Of a stretch of 64,000 nucleotides of DNA, positions 38,214-50,378 are shown one piece after another. The notes beneath the pieces were generated by a model that searched no databases, was not told where the DNA came from, and was given only the letters and a program-made list of their open reading frames with translations. Both the position numbers and the translations under genes were made by a program. The DNA lies in the NCBI GenBank assembly GCA_964291675.2, contig OZ219866.1, positions 704,001 through 768,000 on the forward strand, read 5' to 3'. This DNA comes from Alphaproteobacteria bacterium. GTDB lineage: Bacteria > Pseudomonadota > Alphaproteobacteria > MPNO01. Each line of letters begins with the position of its first letter. Positions within the stretch are counted from its first letter, which is position 1.

Positions 38214-39226
38214 GCCGCCGCCCCCGGGCGCGGCACGGCGCGCGCCCGGCCCGGGACGGCTTCGTCGAGCCAGTCCCGCATCGCGCCGAGCGCCGGATGG
38301 GCGAGGGCGGCCTCCAGCAGGCGCCAGACCCGCGCGATATGGCCGAGATAACCGTGCTTGCCGTCGCGCCGCGACAGCCGGGTGAAGATGCCGATCACCT
38401 TGCAATGGCGCTGCGCGCCGAGGATGGCGCAGGAGCGGTCGAACGCGTCTCTGTCGAGCCCCGGAAAGGCGGCGAGGTAGCGGTCCCTGAGGGCGCGGGC
38501 GAGCGCCGGCTTCACGTCGCGCCTGGCATCTTGCACCAGGGACACGAAGTCGTAGCTCGCCGGCCCGGCCACGGCGTCCTGGAAATCGACCAGCCCGCAG
38601 GCGGCCACCCCGTCCCGCCCGTCGAGCCGCATCAAATTGTCGACGTGGAAGTCGCGCAGCACCAGGGTCTCGGGCACCTGGCGGGCCTCGGCGAAGGCGG
38701 CGCGCCAGCGCTCGCCATAGGCGGTGCGCCGCGCCGCGCCGACGGTCGCGCCGACCGCCGGCAGGTACCAGTCGAGCAGATGCTGCGCCTCGGCGAGCAG
38801 CAGGTCGTCGGAGTAGCGGGCGAGGCCGGGCGGGATCGCCGCTTCGGGATCGAGCCGGTGCAGCGCCACCAGCGTGTCGACGGCGAGCGCGTAGAGCGCC
38901 GCCTCGTCCGCGCCGCCCTCCAGCAGCCGGGTGAAGGTGTCGTCGCCGAGATCCTCCATCAGCAGCAGCCCGGCCGCCTCGTCCGCCGCCACGATTCCGG
39001 GCGCGGCGAAGCCGAGGGCGCGCAGATGGCGGGCGATGGCCGCAAAGGGCGCGATGGGCTCGCTTTCGGGCGGGGCATCCATGAGCACGGCGGTCCCGGC
39101 GCCGCGCCCGACCCGGAGGTAGCGGCGGAACGAGGCATCGGCGGCGAGCGGCGCGACCGCGGCGCCGCGCCAGCCGGCGCCGGCCAGGAAGCGCCCGATC
39201 TCGCGCTCACGCCCGGAACCGGTCAA
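38210..39226 (-). CDS. amgK: AmgK-like phosphotransferase
   Basis: DASFRRY, RDFHVDN, DFQDA, KVIGIF. Confidence 0.85.
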   Translation of the reverse strand: MTGSGREREIGRFLAGAGWRGAAVAPLAADASFRRYLRVGRGAGTAVLMDAPPESEPIAPFAAIARHLRALGFAAPGIVAADEAAGLLLMEDLGDDTFTRLLEGGADEAALYALAVDTLVALHRLDPEAAIPPGLARYSDDLLLAEAQHLLDWYLPAVGATVGAARRTAYGERWRAAFAEARQVPETLVLRDFHVDNLMRLDGRDGVAACGLVDFQDAVAGPASYDFVSLVQDARRDVKPALARALRDRYLAAFPGLDRDAFDRSCAILGAQRHCKVIGIFTRLSRRDGKHGYLGHIARVWRLLEAALAHPALGAMRDWLDEAVPGRARAVPRPGAAA

Positions 39227-39716
39227 GCGTCCCTCCGATACGCGCGCGCCAGCCCGCGCCGCCCGCGATCTCGGCGTCCCGCGCGCCCTCGCCCGCGCCC
39301 TGGAGCAGGGTGACGAGAAGCGCGCCTCGCGGCAGCAGCGGACCCAGCCGGTCCGGCCATTCGACCAGCGCGATGCCGTCGGCGAAGGCATCCTCGATGC
39401 CGAGCTCCAGCGCCTCCTCGGGCCGCTCGATCCGGTAGAGGTCGAAATGGTGGATGACGGTACCGCCGATATCGTAGGGCTGGACCAGGGTGAAGGTCGG
39501 GCTCGGCACCTCGACCGGCAGGCCGCCGGCCGAAGCGGCGCGGGCGTTGACGAAGGCGCGCGCGAACGTCGTCTTGCCGGCGCCGAGCGCACCGGCGAGG
39601 CCGATCGCGTCGCCCCGCCGCGCGGTCCCGGCAATGGCGCCGGCGAACGCGCGTGTCGCGTCGAGGTCGGGAAGGGCGAGGCGCGCCAGCGCGGCGGGCG
39701 GGGGAGGCGCCGACAT
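39207..39716 (-). CDS. tsaE: t6A biosynthesis ATPase
   Basis: LGAGKTT, SPTFTL, HFDLYR, VEW. Confidence 0.94.
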   Translation of the reverse strand: MSAPPPPAALARLALPDLDATRAFAGAIAGTARRGDAIGLAGALGAGKTTFARAFVNARAASAGGLPVEVPSPTFTLVQPYDIGGTVIHHFDLYRIERPEEALELGIEDAFADGIALVEWPDRLGPLLPRGALLVTLLQGAGEGARDAEIAGGAGWRARIGGTLDRFRA

Positions 39717-39755
39717 GGGGCGGTTCTAGCCGCCGCCGCGGCGCCCGGCAAGGCG

Positions 39756-41051
39756 TCAATAGCGGTAGTATTCCGGCTTGAACGGGCCGTCGCGGGCGAC
39801 GCCGAGATAGTCGGCCTGGTCGGCGGTGAGCGCGGTCAGCCTGACCCCGAGCTTGTCGAGATGGAGCGCCGCCACCCTTTCGTCGAGCCGCTTGGGGAGC
39901 ACATAGACCTCGTTGCGGTAGGAGGCGTGGTTCTGCCACAGCTCGATCTGGGCCAGCACCTGGTTGGTGAACGACGCGCTCATCACGAAGCTCGGATGTC
40001 CGGTCGCGCAGCCCAGATTGACCAGCCGCCCCTCGGCGAGGACGATCAGCCGCTTGCCGTCCGGAAACTCGACCTCGTCGACCTGCGGCTTGACGTTCTC
40101 CCATCTGTAGTTCCTGAGCGCGGCGATCTGAATCTCGCTGTCGAAATGTCCGATATTGCAGACGATGGCGCGGTCCTTCATCGCCCGCATGTGGTCGATG
40201 GTGATCACGTCGATATTGCCGGTGCAGGTGACGAAGATGTCGCCCGAGGGCGCCGCGTCCTCCATCGTCGCCACCTCGTAGCCCTCCATCGCCGCCTGCA
40301 GGGCGCAGATCGGGTCGATCTCGGTGACCACGACCCGCGCACCCTGGTTGCGCAAGGAGGCGGCCGAGCCCTTGCCGACATCGCCGAAGCCGCAGACCAC
40401 GGCGGTCTTGCCGGCGACCATCACGTCGGTCGCCCGCTTGATCCCGTCGACCAGGCTCTCCCGGCAGCCATAGAGGTTGTCGAACTTGGACTTGGTCACC
40501 GAGTCGTTGACGTTGATCGCGGGCACCTTGAGCGTGCCCTCCCTGGCCATCTCGTAGAGCCGGTGGACGCCCGTGGTGGTCTCCTCCGACAGCCCCAGCA
40601 CGTCGCCGAGCAGGGTGGGGAACTTGTCGTGCATCACCTTGGTGAGGTCGCCGCCGTCGTCGAGCAGCAGGTTGGGGCGCCAGCCGTCCGGCCCCTCGAC
40701 GGTGCGGTCGATCGCCCACCAGAACGCGTCTTCCGACATCCCCTTCCAGGCGAAGACGGGAACGCCCGAGGCGGCGATCGCGGCGGCGGCGTGGTCCTGG
40801 GTCGAGAAGATGTTGCACGAGCTCCAGCGCACGCTCGCGCCGAGCGCCGCGAGGGTCTCGATCAGCACCGCGGTCTGCACCGTCATGTGCAGACAGCCGG
40901 CGATCCTGGCGCCCGCGAGCGGCCGGGCGGCGCCGAGCTCCCCGCGCAGCGCCATCAGCCCCGGCATCTCGGTCTCGGCGATGGCGATCTCCTTGCGCCC
41001 CCATTCGGCTAGGGCGAGATCGGCGACCTTGAAGTCTTCTGCGGCGCTCAT
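39756..41051 (-). CDS. ahcY: Adenosylhomocysteinase
   Basis: [37 protein letters not shown]. Confidence 0.97.
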   Translation of the reverse strand: MSAAEDFKVADLALAEWGRKEIAIAETEMPGLMALRGELGAARPLAGARIAGCLHMTVQTAVLIETLAALGASVRWSSCNIFSTQDHAAAAIAASGVPVFAWKGMSEDAFWWAIDRTVEGPDGWRPNLLLDDGGDLTKVMHDKFPTLLGDVLGLSEETTTGVHRLYEMAREGTLKVPAINVNDSVTKSKFDNLYGCRESLVDGIKRATDVMVAGKTAVVCGFGDVGKGSAASLRNQGARVVVTEIDPICALQAAMEGYEVATMEDAAPSGDIFVTCTGNIDVITIDHMRAMKDRAIVCNIGHFDSEIQIAALRNYRWENVKPQVDEVEFPDGKRLIVLAEGRLVNLGCATGHPSFVMSASFTNQVLAQIELWQNHASYRNEVYVLPKRLDERVAALHLDKLGVRLTALTADQADYLGVARDGPFKPEYYRY

Positions 41052-41084
41052 GGGCGATTTCCGGTCGGTGAGGCGGGCTGCGCC

Positions 41085-41113
41085 ATATAGCAAGCCGCGG
41101 CGGGACGGTTCAA
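41085..41113 (-). promoter_or_regulatory. Putative sigma70 promoter of ahcY
   Basis: TTGAAC-N17-CTATAT on the minus strand. Confidence 0.5.
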
Positions 41114-41179
41114 CCGGGAGGCGGCGCGGGTTGACAGCCTGCCGATGGCGACCGCCGCGCGACACGACCGCCCGCCGGG

Positions 41180-41431
41180 TCAGGGCAGGCGATCTTCGGG
41201 CTCGGGCGGCTTGCCGCCGTCCCTGAACAGAATGCGGCGCGCGCGCTCGAAATCGGCGTCGGCCCGGTGTTCGGCAAAGAACCCGGCAGTCCGCATCGCC
41301 GAGAGTTTTTCGGCGACCGCCGTGGTCACGAACTGGTTGATGCTGGTTCCGTCCCTCCTGCTCGCTTCGGCGACCGCGGCCTTCAGCGACTCGGGCAGGC
41401 GCAGCGGATAGGTGGCCAGTTGCTTTTTCAT
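41180..41431 (-). CDS. RHH/CopG-type antitoxin
   Basis: [10 protein letters not shown]...SINQFV..AVAEK; ATGA coupling to the PIN gene. Confidence 0.8.
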   Translation of the reverse strand: MKKQLATYPLRLPESLKAAVAEASRRDGTSINQFVTTAVAEKLSAMRTAGFFAEHRADADFERARRILFRDGGKPPEPEDRLP

Positions 41432-41853
41432 GACCGGATCCTCCTCAATGCTTCCCGCGGCGACAGGAGCTCCACGCCGAACCCCTCGACGACGCCGGGA
41501 AAGTCCCGCCGGTCGAAGGTCACCAGAGCTTCCGAGCGGCCGTTGACCGCCGTGTCGAGGACCATCTCGTCGGCCGGATCCCGCAGCTGTGGACGCCACA
41601 GGAAATGGGCCGTCACCGGCTCCGCAACCGCGCACAGCGCGGCAATCACCGTTCGAACCTCCCCTTCGTCGAGACCCGAGGCGAGACGCTGCCTCGGCTC
41701 GCAGCAAACCGCCTCGTATTCCAGCGCCAGCGGCAGGGAAACCAGAAGCGTGAATTCCCGATCCAGCGCCTGACCGATCAACGCCGCCGAAGCGCCCGAG
41801 GGGCTACGCAACCCTGCAACGATGACATTGGTATCGAGTACGCAGCGGATCAC
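41428..41853 (-). CDS. PIN-domain toxin
   Basis: [24 protein letters not shown]. Confidence 0.88.
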   Translation of the reverse strand: MIRCVLDTNVIVAGLRSPSGASAALIGQALDREFTLLVSLPLALEYEAVCCEPRQRLASGLDEGEVRTVIAALCAVAEPVTAHFLWRPQLRDPADEMVLDTAVNGRSEALVTFDRRDFPGVVEGFGVELLSPREALRRIRS

Positions 41854-41860
41854 ATCTTAT

Positions 41861-41889
41861 TAGATATGAGATCTACTTCAATATTGCAA
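41861..41889 (-). promoter_or_regulatory. PIN TA promoter/operator
   Basis: TTGCAA-N17-TATCTA with TAGAT-N5-ATCTA palindrome, 7 nt before the GTG. Confidence 0.55.
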
Positions 41890-41929
41890 CTATCGACGTC
41901 CGACCCGGCCGAGCAACGGAGGAAACGCC

Positions 41930-42214
41930 TCACCCCTCCTCGAAGCCGTTGGCGAACATGGCGGCGATGGCGGTCACCGCCGGCTTCGCCCCGGCGCCGG
42001 TGGCGCTGACCTGGAGCTTCGTTCCCTTCGTGGCGGCGAGCATCAGCAGGCCCATGATGGAGAGCGCCGAGACTTCCGCCCCCTTGCAGGCGAAGCGGAT
42101 GTCGGCGTCGAACGCTTCCGCGGCGGCGGCGATACGGGCGGCGACGCGGGCGTGCAGGCCGCGCTCGTTGACCACCTCGACCGCGCGGCGGACGACGCCG
42201 GGCTGCGCCGTCAT
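41930..42214 (-). CDS. ptsH: HPr/NPr phosphocarrier
   Basis: GLHAR, SIMGLLML. Confidence 0.92.
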   Translation of the reverse strand: MTAQPGVVRRAVEVVNERGLHARVAARIAAAAEAFDADIRFACKGAEVSALSIMGLLMLAATKGTKLQVSATGAGAKPAVTAIAAMFANGFEEG

Positions 42215-42624
42215 CCGTCCTTGTCGCGCAGCAGCCGCGAGGCGACGCTGATGTATTTGCGCCCCGCGTCCTGCGCCTGGACCACCGCGTCCTCCAGGCT
42301 CTCGCGGCCGCGCGCGCTGGAAAGCTTTACCAGCATCGGCAGGTTGACGCCCGCGATCACCTCGATCCGGCCCTCCTCCATCAGCGAGATCGCCAGGTTC
42401 GACGGCGTGCCGCCGAACATGTCGGTGAGCAGGATCACGCCGCTGCCGCCATCGACCCGCGCGACGCTGTCGGCGATATCGCGGCGCCTGGCCTCGACGT
42501 CGTCATTGGGGCCGATACACACCGTCTCGGCCCGCTCCTGCGGACCGACCACGTGTTCGAGCGCGGCGACCAGCTCCTTCGCCAGGTTGCCGTGCGTCAC
42601 CAGCACCATGCCGATCATGGCCAT
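42211..42624 (-). CDS. manX: PTS EIIA (mannose class)
   Basis: LVTHG, TDMFGGTPSN, GVNLPML. Confidence 0.9.
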   Translation of the reverse strand: MAMIGMVLVTHGNLAKELVAALEHVVGPQERAETVCIGPNDDVEARRRDIADSVARVDGGSGVILLTDMFGGTPSNLAISLMEEGRIEVIAGVNLPMLVKLSSARGRESLEDAVVQAQDAGRKYISVASRLLRDKDG

Positions 42625-42636
42625 CGCCCCATCCTG

Positions 42637-43542
42637 TCACGCGGCGCCGCCGGTGGCGAGGTCGCGGTGGGTGGCGGTGGCGGGCTGGCCCTGCCCGGCG
42701 AGCAGGGCGGCGAGCCTGTCGACGACGAACACCGAGCGGTGACGGCCGCCGGTGCAGCCGATGGCGATGGTCAGGTAGCTCTTGCCCTCGGCGCGGTAGC
42801 CGGGCAGGGCGGCGGCGAGCAGGGCGGCGAGCGCGTCGAAGAACGGCGCGAAGCCGGGATCGGCCTCGATGAAGGCGCCGACCGCCGCGTCGCGCCCGGT
42901 GAGCCCGGCGAGCTCCGGCCGGTAATGCGGGTTGGCGAGGAAGCGCACGTCGAACACGATGTCGGCCTCGGGCGGCAGCCCGTGGCGGTAGGAGAACGAC
43001 ATCAGCGAGACCGCCGGCGCCGGCGCTCCGTCGAGCCCGCAGATTGCGGCGAGGCGGTGCTTGAGCCCGGCATGGCTGAGGGCGGAGGTGTCGATCACCC
43101 CGGCCGCGCGGTCGCGCAGCGGCGCGAGCAGCACGCGCTCCCGGCCGATCGCCTCGATCAGCCGCCCGCGCTCGGCCAGCGGATGGCGCCGGCGGGTCGC
43201 GGAATAGCGCCGCCGCAAGACCTCGTCGCCGCAGTCGAGAAAGATCGTCCGGGCGGCCAGCGCCTCCATCCGGGCGGCGAAGCCGGCGACGGTGAAATCC
43301 CGCGTGCGGATGTCGATGCCGACCGCGAGCGGGCGCCGTTCCCGCCGACCGGCGCCGGCCAGCTCGTCGACCAGCGCGAGCGGCAAATTGTCGACGGTCT
43401 CGTAGCCCAGGTCTTCGAGCGCCTTCAGCGCCACCGTCTTGCCCGCCCCGGACATGCCGGTCAGGACGACGACGGGGGGCGGCGCGGTGTCGTCCGCCGG
43501 CGCCGGAGAGACGGCGACGGTGTCGTGCTCGGCGGCTGTCAT
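42637..43542 (-). CDS. rapZ: RapZ-family P-loop protein
   Basis: GMSGAGKT, DVRFL.NP, GCTGGRHRSV. Confidence 0.93.
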   Translation of the reverse strand: MTAAEHDTVAVSPAPADDTAPPPVVVLTGMSGAGKTVALKALEDLGYETVDNLPLALVDELAGAGRRERRPLAVGIDIRTRDFTVAGFAARMEALAARTIFLDCGDEVLRRRYSATRRRHPLAERGRLIEAIGRERVLLAPLRDRAAGVIDTSALSHAGLKHRLAAICGLDGAPAPAVSLMSFSYRHGLPPEADIVFDVRFLANPHYRPELAGLTGRDAAVGAFIEADPGFAPFFDALAALLAAALPGYRAEGKSYLTIAIGCTGGRHRSVFVVDRLAALLAGQGQPATATHRDLATGGAA

Positions 43543-43991
43543 CGCGCGCGCTCGGGGTTGCGGGCGTGCGCACTATCGGCCGCGGCGGCGCGGACGGCAA
43601 GCCGAACCTTGGCCGCCGCCGAGGCCTCGAACGGGGCGAGCCGGATCAGCGGCAGCGCGATCCCCTCGAAGCGGCGCTCCGCGGCGGCGGGGAGCCGCTC
43701 CGGGGGGCGGTCGGTCAGCAGCTCGACGGCGAGCCGGAGCGGCGCGGAATGCCGCCAGCCGACGGCGAGGATGCCGAGCCCCCGAACCTCGATCTTCCCG
43801 GCCAGGGCCGCCGGCGCGGCGGCTTCGAGGCGCCCGGCGGCGGCCCGGATATCGACCTGGTCGTCGGCGACCAGGACCGCGCCGCCGTCGATCAGCCTCA
43901 GCGCGAGGTCCGACTTGCCGCTCCCCGGCGGGCCGAGCAGCAGAACCCCGGCCCCGTCGACGGCAACGCAGCTCGCATGGACCAGGGCCAT
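43539..43991 (-). CDS. hprK: Short HPr kinase
   Basis: HASCV, GSGKSDLAL, LVADDQ, IEVRGLGI. Confidence 0.88.
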   Translation of the reverse strand: MALVHASCVAVDGAGVLLLGPPGSGKSDLALRLIDGGAVLVADDQVDIRAAAGRLEAAAPAALAGKIEVRGLGILAVGWRHSAPLRLAVELLTDRPPERLPAAAERRFEGIALPLIRLAPFEASAAAKVRLAVRAAAADSAHARNPERAR

Positions 43992-43994
43992 CGT

Positions 43995-45569
43995 TCACCC
44001 CGCGGGCAGGCGCACGGTGAAGCGCGCGCCGGCGATGCCGCCGTTCCCGTCATAGCGGTTGGACGCCGCGATCGAGCCGCGATGGGCCTCCACGATCTGC
44101 CGCGAGATCGCGAGCCCGAGCCCGGAATGGCCGCCGAACTCCTCGCCGGCGGGGCGCTGGCTGTAGAACCGCTCGAAGACCGAGTCGAGGTTTTCCTCCG
44201 GGATTCCGGGCCCCCGATCGTCGACGGTGACGGTGAGCGCGCCGTCCCCGCGCGCCGCGGAGATGCGGACCGGCGCGCCCGGCGGGCTGAACGAGAACGC
44301 GTTCGCGAGCAGGTTCTGGAACACCTGGACCAGCCGGCTCTCGACCCCGACGGTCGGCAGCGGTCCGTCCTCCAGCGCGAGCTCCAGCGCGTGCGATGCG
44401 TTCCCCCCGGCAGCGCCATGGACCTCGACGAGCGCCTGCAGCAGGCGGCCGAGGTCGATCTCGGTCATCTCGGCCCGCGCGAGCTCGGCATCGAGCCGCG
44501 AGGCGCTCGAAATGTCGGAGATCAGGCGGTCGAGCCGCCTCACGTCTTCCTGGACGATGGCCATCAGACGGCGCTGCTGCGCCGGGTCGGAAATCCGCGC
44601 GGCGGTCTCGACCGCGCTGGCCAGCGAGGTGAGGGGATTCTTGATCTCGTGCGACACGTCGGCCGCGAAACGCTCGACCGCCTCCATCCGGTTCCACAGA
44701 TCCGCCGTCATGTCGCGCAGCGCCGCCGAGAGATCCCCGATCTCGTCGCGCCGCGCCGTGAAGTCGGGGATTTTCAGATGCTCGTCGGCGCCGCCCTTGA
44801 CCCGCCGCGCCGCCTCGGCGAGCAGCTTTACCGGCCGGGTGATCGCGTTGGCAAGGTAGAGCGAGAGGATCACCGTCACCCCCAGCGCCACCGCGAACAC
44901 CTTGAGAATGCCGAGCCGCACGTCGCGCACCGCGGCCCGGATGTCGCCGCCGTCGGCGCTCAACATCAGCACGCCGAGCACCCGCTTGAAGCGCTGCACC
45001 GGGACCGCGGCGATCAGCACCATGTGTTCGTTCTCGTCGAAGCGCAGCGCGGCCCGCGGCGCGCCGGCGAGCGCGGCGCGCGCTTCGGCGTAATGGCCGG
45101 CGCGCTGGACCGCGCGCTCGGCGTAGGTCCGGGGCCGGGGACGGGACGGCAGGAGCTCGAAGACCCACTCGTAGGAGGCCACGATCAGCCGGGCGACGAG
45201 ACCCTCTTCGCCGGGCGGCGGCAACGCCTCCTCCTGGACCGGTGCGCCGGGCCCGACCATGTCGCGGCTGTCGGCGACCAGCGCGCCGTCGGCGCCGAAC
45301 AGCCGCGCCCTGGCGCGGGTCGGACCGACCAGGCGGCGGAGCATCGGCCGGGCGATCGCGGGCAGCAGCGCCTGGCCGCCGCCGTCGGCCCGTCCGGCCG
45401 CGCTCTCGCCCAGCGCGCCGGCGAAGATCTCCGCCTGGGTGTGCAGCGAAGCGAGCTCCGCCTCGACCAGCCCGTCCTCGTACTGGCCGAGGAAGAGCAG
45501 GCCTGCGACCAGCGCGCCGAGGGCCAGCATGTTGACCACCAGCACGCGCCGCGTGAGTGGCGAGATCAT
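43995..45569 (-). CDS. chvG: Sensor kinase ChvG/ExoS
   Basis: SHEIKNPLTS, HSGLGL; conserved position between chvI and hprK. Confidence 0.9.
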   Translation of the reverse strand: MISPLTRRVLVVNMLALGALVAGLLFLGQYEDGLVEAELASLHTQAEIFAGALGESAAGRADGGGQALLPAIARPMLRRLVGPTRARARLFGADGALVADSRDMVGPGAPVQEEALPPPGEEGLVARLIVASYEWVFELLPSRPRPRTYAERAVQRAGHYAEARAALAGAPRAALRFDENEHMVLIAAVPVQRFKRVLGVLMLSADGGDIRAAVRDVRLGILKVFAVALGVTVILSLYLANAITRPVKLLAEAARRVKGGADEHLKIPDFTARRDEIGDLSAALRDMTADLWNRMEAVERFAADVSHEIKNPLTSLASAVETAARISDPAQQRRLMAIVQEDVRRLDRLISDISSASRLDAELARAEMTEIDLGRLLQALVEVHGAAGGNASHALELALEDGPLPTVGVESRLVQVFQNLLANAFSFSPPGAPVRISAARGDGALTVTVDDRGPGIPEENLDSVFERFYSQRPAGEEFGGHSGLGLAISRQIVEAHRGSIAASNRYDGNGGIAGARFTVRLPAG

Positions 45570-45617
45570 GGCGGCACCCTTGCTGGCCCGACCGCCCCGC
45601 GTGGCGGGCGCGGCGGT

Positions 45618-46316
45618 TCAATCCTCCCGGTAGCGGTAGCCTATGCCGTACAGCGTTTCAATATGGCTGAAATCCTCGTCCACCAGGCGGAACTTCTTGC
45701 GCAGCCGCTTGATGTGGCTGTCGATCGTGCGGTCGTCGACATAGATGTGCTCGCCATAGGCGGCGTCCATCAGCTGGTCGCGCGACTTGACATGGCCCGG
45801 CCTCAGCGCGAGCGCCTTGACGATGAGGAACTCGGTGACCGTCAGGTCGACCGGGTGGCCGCGCCAGGCGCAGAGATGGCGCGACTCGTCCAGGGTGAGA
45901 TCGCCGCGCACCAGCGCCGCGGCGGAAGCCTCGTCGAGGGCGCTGCCGCCCTTGCGGTGGCGCCTGAGCACGGTGCGAATGCGCTCCAGCAGAAGACGCT
46001 GCGAGAACGGCTTCTTGATGTAGTCGTCCGCGCCCATGCGCAGCCCCAGCAGCTCGTCGACCTCGTCGTCCTTCGAGGTGAGGAAGACGACCGGCATGTC
46101 GGAGCGCTCGCGCAGGCGCCGCAGCAGCTCCATCCCGTCCATGCGCGGCATCTTGACGTCGAGCAAGGCGAGGTCGGCGGGCTCGTCGGTGAGGCCCTGT
46201 AGCGCCGCGGCGCCGTCGGTGAAGCAGCGCACCGCGAAACCCTCGGCCTCCAGCAGCATCGACACCGAGGCGAGGATGTTGCGGTCGTCGTCGATCAATG
46301 CAATCCGTTCCGCCAC
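45618..46316 (-). CDS. chvI: Response regulator ChvI
   Basis: [30 protein letters not shown]; divergent from pckA. Confidence 0.93.
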   Translation of the reverse strand: MAERIALIDDDRNILASVSMLLEAEGFAVRCFTDGAAALQGLTDEPADLALLDVKMPRMDGMELLRRLRERSDMPVVFLTSKDDEVDELLGLRMGADDYIKKPFSQRLLLERIRTVLRRHRKGGSALDEASAAALVRGDLTLDESRHLCAWRGHPVDLTVTEFLIVKALALRPGHVKSRDQLMDAAYGEHIYVDDRTIDSHIKRLRKKFRLVDEDFSHIETLYGIGYRYRED

Positions 46317-46553
46317 GACACCCCTTCCCATGGGCGCAGGCCGTGCCGCACTGGGTTTAGATGGGGTCTCGAACGCCCACGGCAAGCCCGCGCCGGGCTG
46401 CCCCGCGAACCGGCCGGCCGCGCTCCGCCGCCGGTTGAACCGGCGGAGCGCAGGCACTAGTTTGCCGCGCAACGGACCCCCGCCGGCCGCGCGCGACGCC
46501 CGGTCGCGCCGGCAGGGTCGTGCCGTGTCCGCGCCCATCCCGGGAGGTCGAGA

Positions 46554-48164
<1,611 letters not shown>

Positions 48165-48220
48165 GATTAGACGCCAGCCGATGACCATACCCCTTCAGGC
48201 AATCCATCCGTCTGCTCGGC

Positions 48221-49054
48221 ATGGTGGGCGAACCTTGGACTGATGCGGAGAACGACCTGATCGTCGCGGACTACTTCGCGATGCTGGAGGCCGATCTCGC
48301 AGGACACGCCTACAACAAGGCCGAGCGCAACCGAAGCCTTCAAGCAAGAATTGGCCGCGGTCGCGGCTCGATCGAATACAAGCACCAAAACATCAGCGCG
48401 GTGTTGCGGGCGCTCGGCGAGACCTGGATTGTCGGCTACAAGCCGGCCTTCAACTTCCAAGTGTCGCTCGTCGCTGCCGTGGCGCGGTGGCTGGATCGTT
48501 TTCCACAATCCCTTGCGGCTTCGCCCGTGGGGTCGGGAACGCACCGTCTTCGGGAGACCACCCAGCTCTTCATCGGTCCGCCACCCACTGTCAGCAACCG
48601 GCCTCCGCCGGAAGAACTCGAACAGATGATGGCGATCGCGAGGAAGTTCGATGCCGCCGGCCGGGAGGAGCGCAACCGTGTCCTGGGGCGTGCCGGAGAG
48701 GAACGTGCGCTCGCGCATGAACGGGCAACACTCACTGCGGCAGGCCGGCCCGATCTGGCGAGCCGTGTGAAATGGGTGTCGGAGAAAGAAGGCGACGGGG
48801 CAGGATACGACATAGCGAGCTTTTCGCCCGAGGGGCAAGAACGGCTCATCGAGGTGAAGACCACGAACGGCTGGGAGCGCGCGCCCTTCCACATCACGCG
48901 GAACGAGTTGGCCGTCGCTGAGAAGCGGCACAGGGAGTGGTGCCTATTGAGGCTGTGGAACTTCGCCCGTGATCCCAAGGCGTTCGAGCTTCGCTGGCCT
49001 CTTGAGGCGCACGTGTCCCTGATAGCGACGAGCTTCGAGGCCAGACTGCACTGA
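48221..49054 (+). CDS. DUF3883/NOV-C-type PD-(D/E)xK nuclease
   Basis: LGRAGEE, GDGAGYDI, IEVKTT, F.ITRNE; helical N-terminal domain. Confidence 0.75.
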   Translation: MVGEPWTDAENDLIVADYFAMLEADLAGHAYNKAERNRSLQARIGRGRGSIEYKHQNISAVLRALGETWIVGYKPAFNFQVSLVAAVARWLDRFPQSLAASPVGSGTHRLRETTQLFIGPPPTVSNRPPPEELEQMMAIARKFDAAGREERNRVLGRAGEERALAHERATLTAAGRPDLASRVKWVSEKEGDGAGYDIASFSPEGQERLIEVKTTNGWERAPFHITRNELAVAEKRHREWCLLRLWNFARDPKAFELRWPLEAHVSLIATSFEARLH

Positions 49055-49109
49055 CAGGCGGACAGTTCGCTTCGGCGCGTGCAGCCGGCCATCGATCCTC
49101 TGGGCGCGC

Positions 49110-49397
49110 CTACCCCGCGACGACGCGCTCCACCTCGATGGTCCGTTCGAGATGACGCGACCGCGCGAGATCGAAGGCGAGTTGCATGCCGAGCCACGTT
49201 TCCGGGGTCGAGCCGAACGCTTTGCACAGCCGGTAGGCCATCTCGATGGAGACGGAGGACTTTTCGTTCACCAGGTTCGACAGCGTTTGCCGTCCGACGC
49301 CGAGCCGCTTGGCGCCCTCGGTCACCGACAGGTCGAGCGCCCGCAGGCAGTCCTCGCGCACGATCGCACCGGGATGTACCGGGTTATTCATCGCCAT
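49110..49397 (-). CDS. higA: HigA antitoxin
   Basis: NPVHPG, EMAYRL.KAFG, WLGMQ..FDL. Confidence 0.88.
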   Translation of the reverse strand: MAMNNPVHPGAIVREDCLRALDLSVTEGAKRLGVGRQTLSNLVNEKSSVSIEMAYRLCKAFGSTPETWLGMQLAFDLARSRHLERTIEVERVVAG

Positions 49398-49408
49398 GTC
49401 ACGACCCT

Positions 49409-49681
49409 CTATTGGTCGTCGACGTAGTCCACGTCGACGGCATGTCCCGCTTCGAACCCGAAGGTCACCTGCCAGTTGGCGGAGACCGAAACGGTGTAGC
49501 GATCCCTGACACGGCCACGGAGGGGATGCATGCGGAAGCCGGGAAGGCTCATTCCTTCGGGACCGGCACTCCTGTCAAGCGCGGTGCAAGTGCGCAAGAG
49601 CTTGGGCACATGTGTCCGCGTTACCCGCGCGGATCGACCGTGTTTGTACAACTAGAGCGCGATGTCGAAACGTCTTGATCG
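49409..49681 (-). pseudogene. higB: Decayed HigB toxin
   Basis: IKTFRHRAL with GCG at the expected start, out of frame with LYKHG...HPLRG..VSANWQVTF; ends DDQ instead of DYH. Confidence 0.7.
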
Positions 49682-49690
49682 CCGACAGGC

Positions 49691-49719
49691 AGTGTATGGT
49701 GACAACCGGCACTGGTCAA
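49691..49719 (-). promoter_or_regulatory. higBA promoter
   Basis: TTGACC-N17-TACACT on the minus strand. Confidence 0.6.
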
Positions 49720-49791
49720 AGAGGCCGGCGCTTCGTGAGACGGTGAAAGCCGCGATGCAGGGCACGCGCCATACGGCGGACAGGCAAATCC

Positions 49792-49820
49792 TTGATTTTC
49801 CGCAGAACCGTAGCTACAAT
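49792..49820 (+). promoter_or_regulatory. dinJ-yafQ promoter
   Basis: TTGATT-N17-TACAAT. Confidence 0.6.
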
Positions 49821-49846
49821 GGCACCACAGATCGGGAGCGACCCCA

Positions 49847-50104
49847 ATGAGTGCCGATACCGTCGTGCGCGCGAGGATCGACAGCGACACCAAGGCTCGG
49901 GCCACCGAGGCGCTGCATGCCATGGGTCTCACGGTGTCGGATGCGATCCGGCTCCTGTTGCTTAGGGTGGCCGACGAAAAGCGCCTTCCGTTCGATGTGC
50001 AGGCGCCCAACGCCACCACCCGCAGGGCGATGAAGGAATTGGAGGCGGGCAAGGGCAAGCGGTTCGCGAGCGCTGAAGATCTGTTCGAGGACATCGGCGC
50101 TTGA
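49847..50104 (+). CDS. dinJ: RelB/DinJ antitoxin
   Basis: VRARID, MGLTVSDAIRL, LPF..PN.TT. Confidence 0.88.
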   Translation: MSADTVVRARIDSDTKARATEALHAMGLTVSDAIRLLLLRVADEKRLPFDVQAPNATTRRAMKELEAGKGKRFASAEDLFEDIGA

Positions 50105-50105
50105 G

Positions 50106-50378
50106 GTGCTCGCGCCGGTCCGGTCCGCGCAATTCAAGCGGGACGTACGAAAAGCGCAACGGAGAGGCAAGGACCTGGCCAAGCTCCGCCCACCGTTGAC
50201 CGCTCTGATTCGACAGACCTCCTTGCCCACGCGCTACCGCGACCATCCGTTGCGGGGCGATTGGCAGGGCTATCGGGAAATCCATATCGAGCCCGATTGG
50301 CTGCTGATTTACCGTACCGAGGGAGAAGAGTTGCACCTGGTCCGCACCGGGTCCCACGCCGACCTGTTCCGGGAATAG
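50106..50378 (+). CDS. yafQ: YafQ toxin
   Basis: FKRD, DHPL.G.W, HIEPDWLLIY, RTGSHADLF. Confidence 0.9.
   Translation: MLAPVRSAQFKRDVRKAQRRGKDLAKLRPPLTALIRQTSLPTRYRDHPLRGDWQGYREIHIEPDWLLIYRTEGEELHLVRTGSHADLFRE

Noticed and set aside
31635-38351. Very long + strand ORFs (995, 975 and 836 aa) opposite addA/addB
   Set aside because: Antisense or alternate-frame shadows of GC-rich genes, with no recognisable motifs.
41052-41179. SAH riboswitch before ahcY
   Set aside because: No consensus seen; a promoter sits about 35 bp from the start.
49092-49110. TCGATCCTCTGGGCGCGCC resembling a tRNA-Arg 3' end (att scar)
   Set aside because: Needs two gaps, is inverted relative to the tRNA at 29689, and no integrase is present; may be chance.
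49659-49691. GATGTCG...CGACA as another boundary motif
   Set aside because: It is the N-terminal coding sequence of the higB pseudogene.
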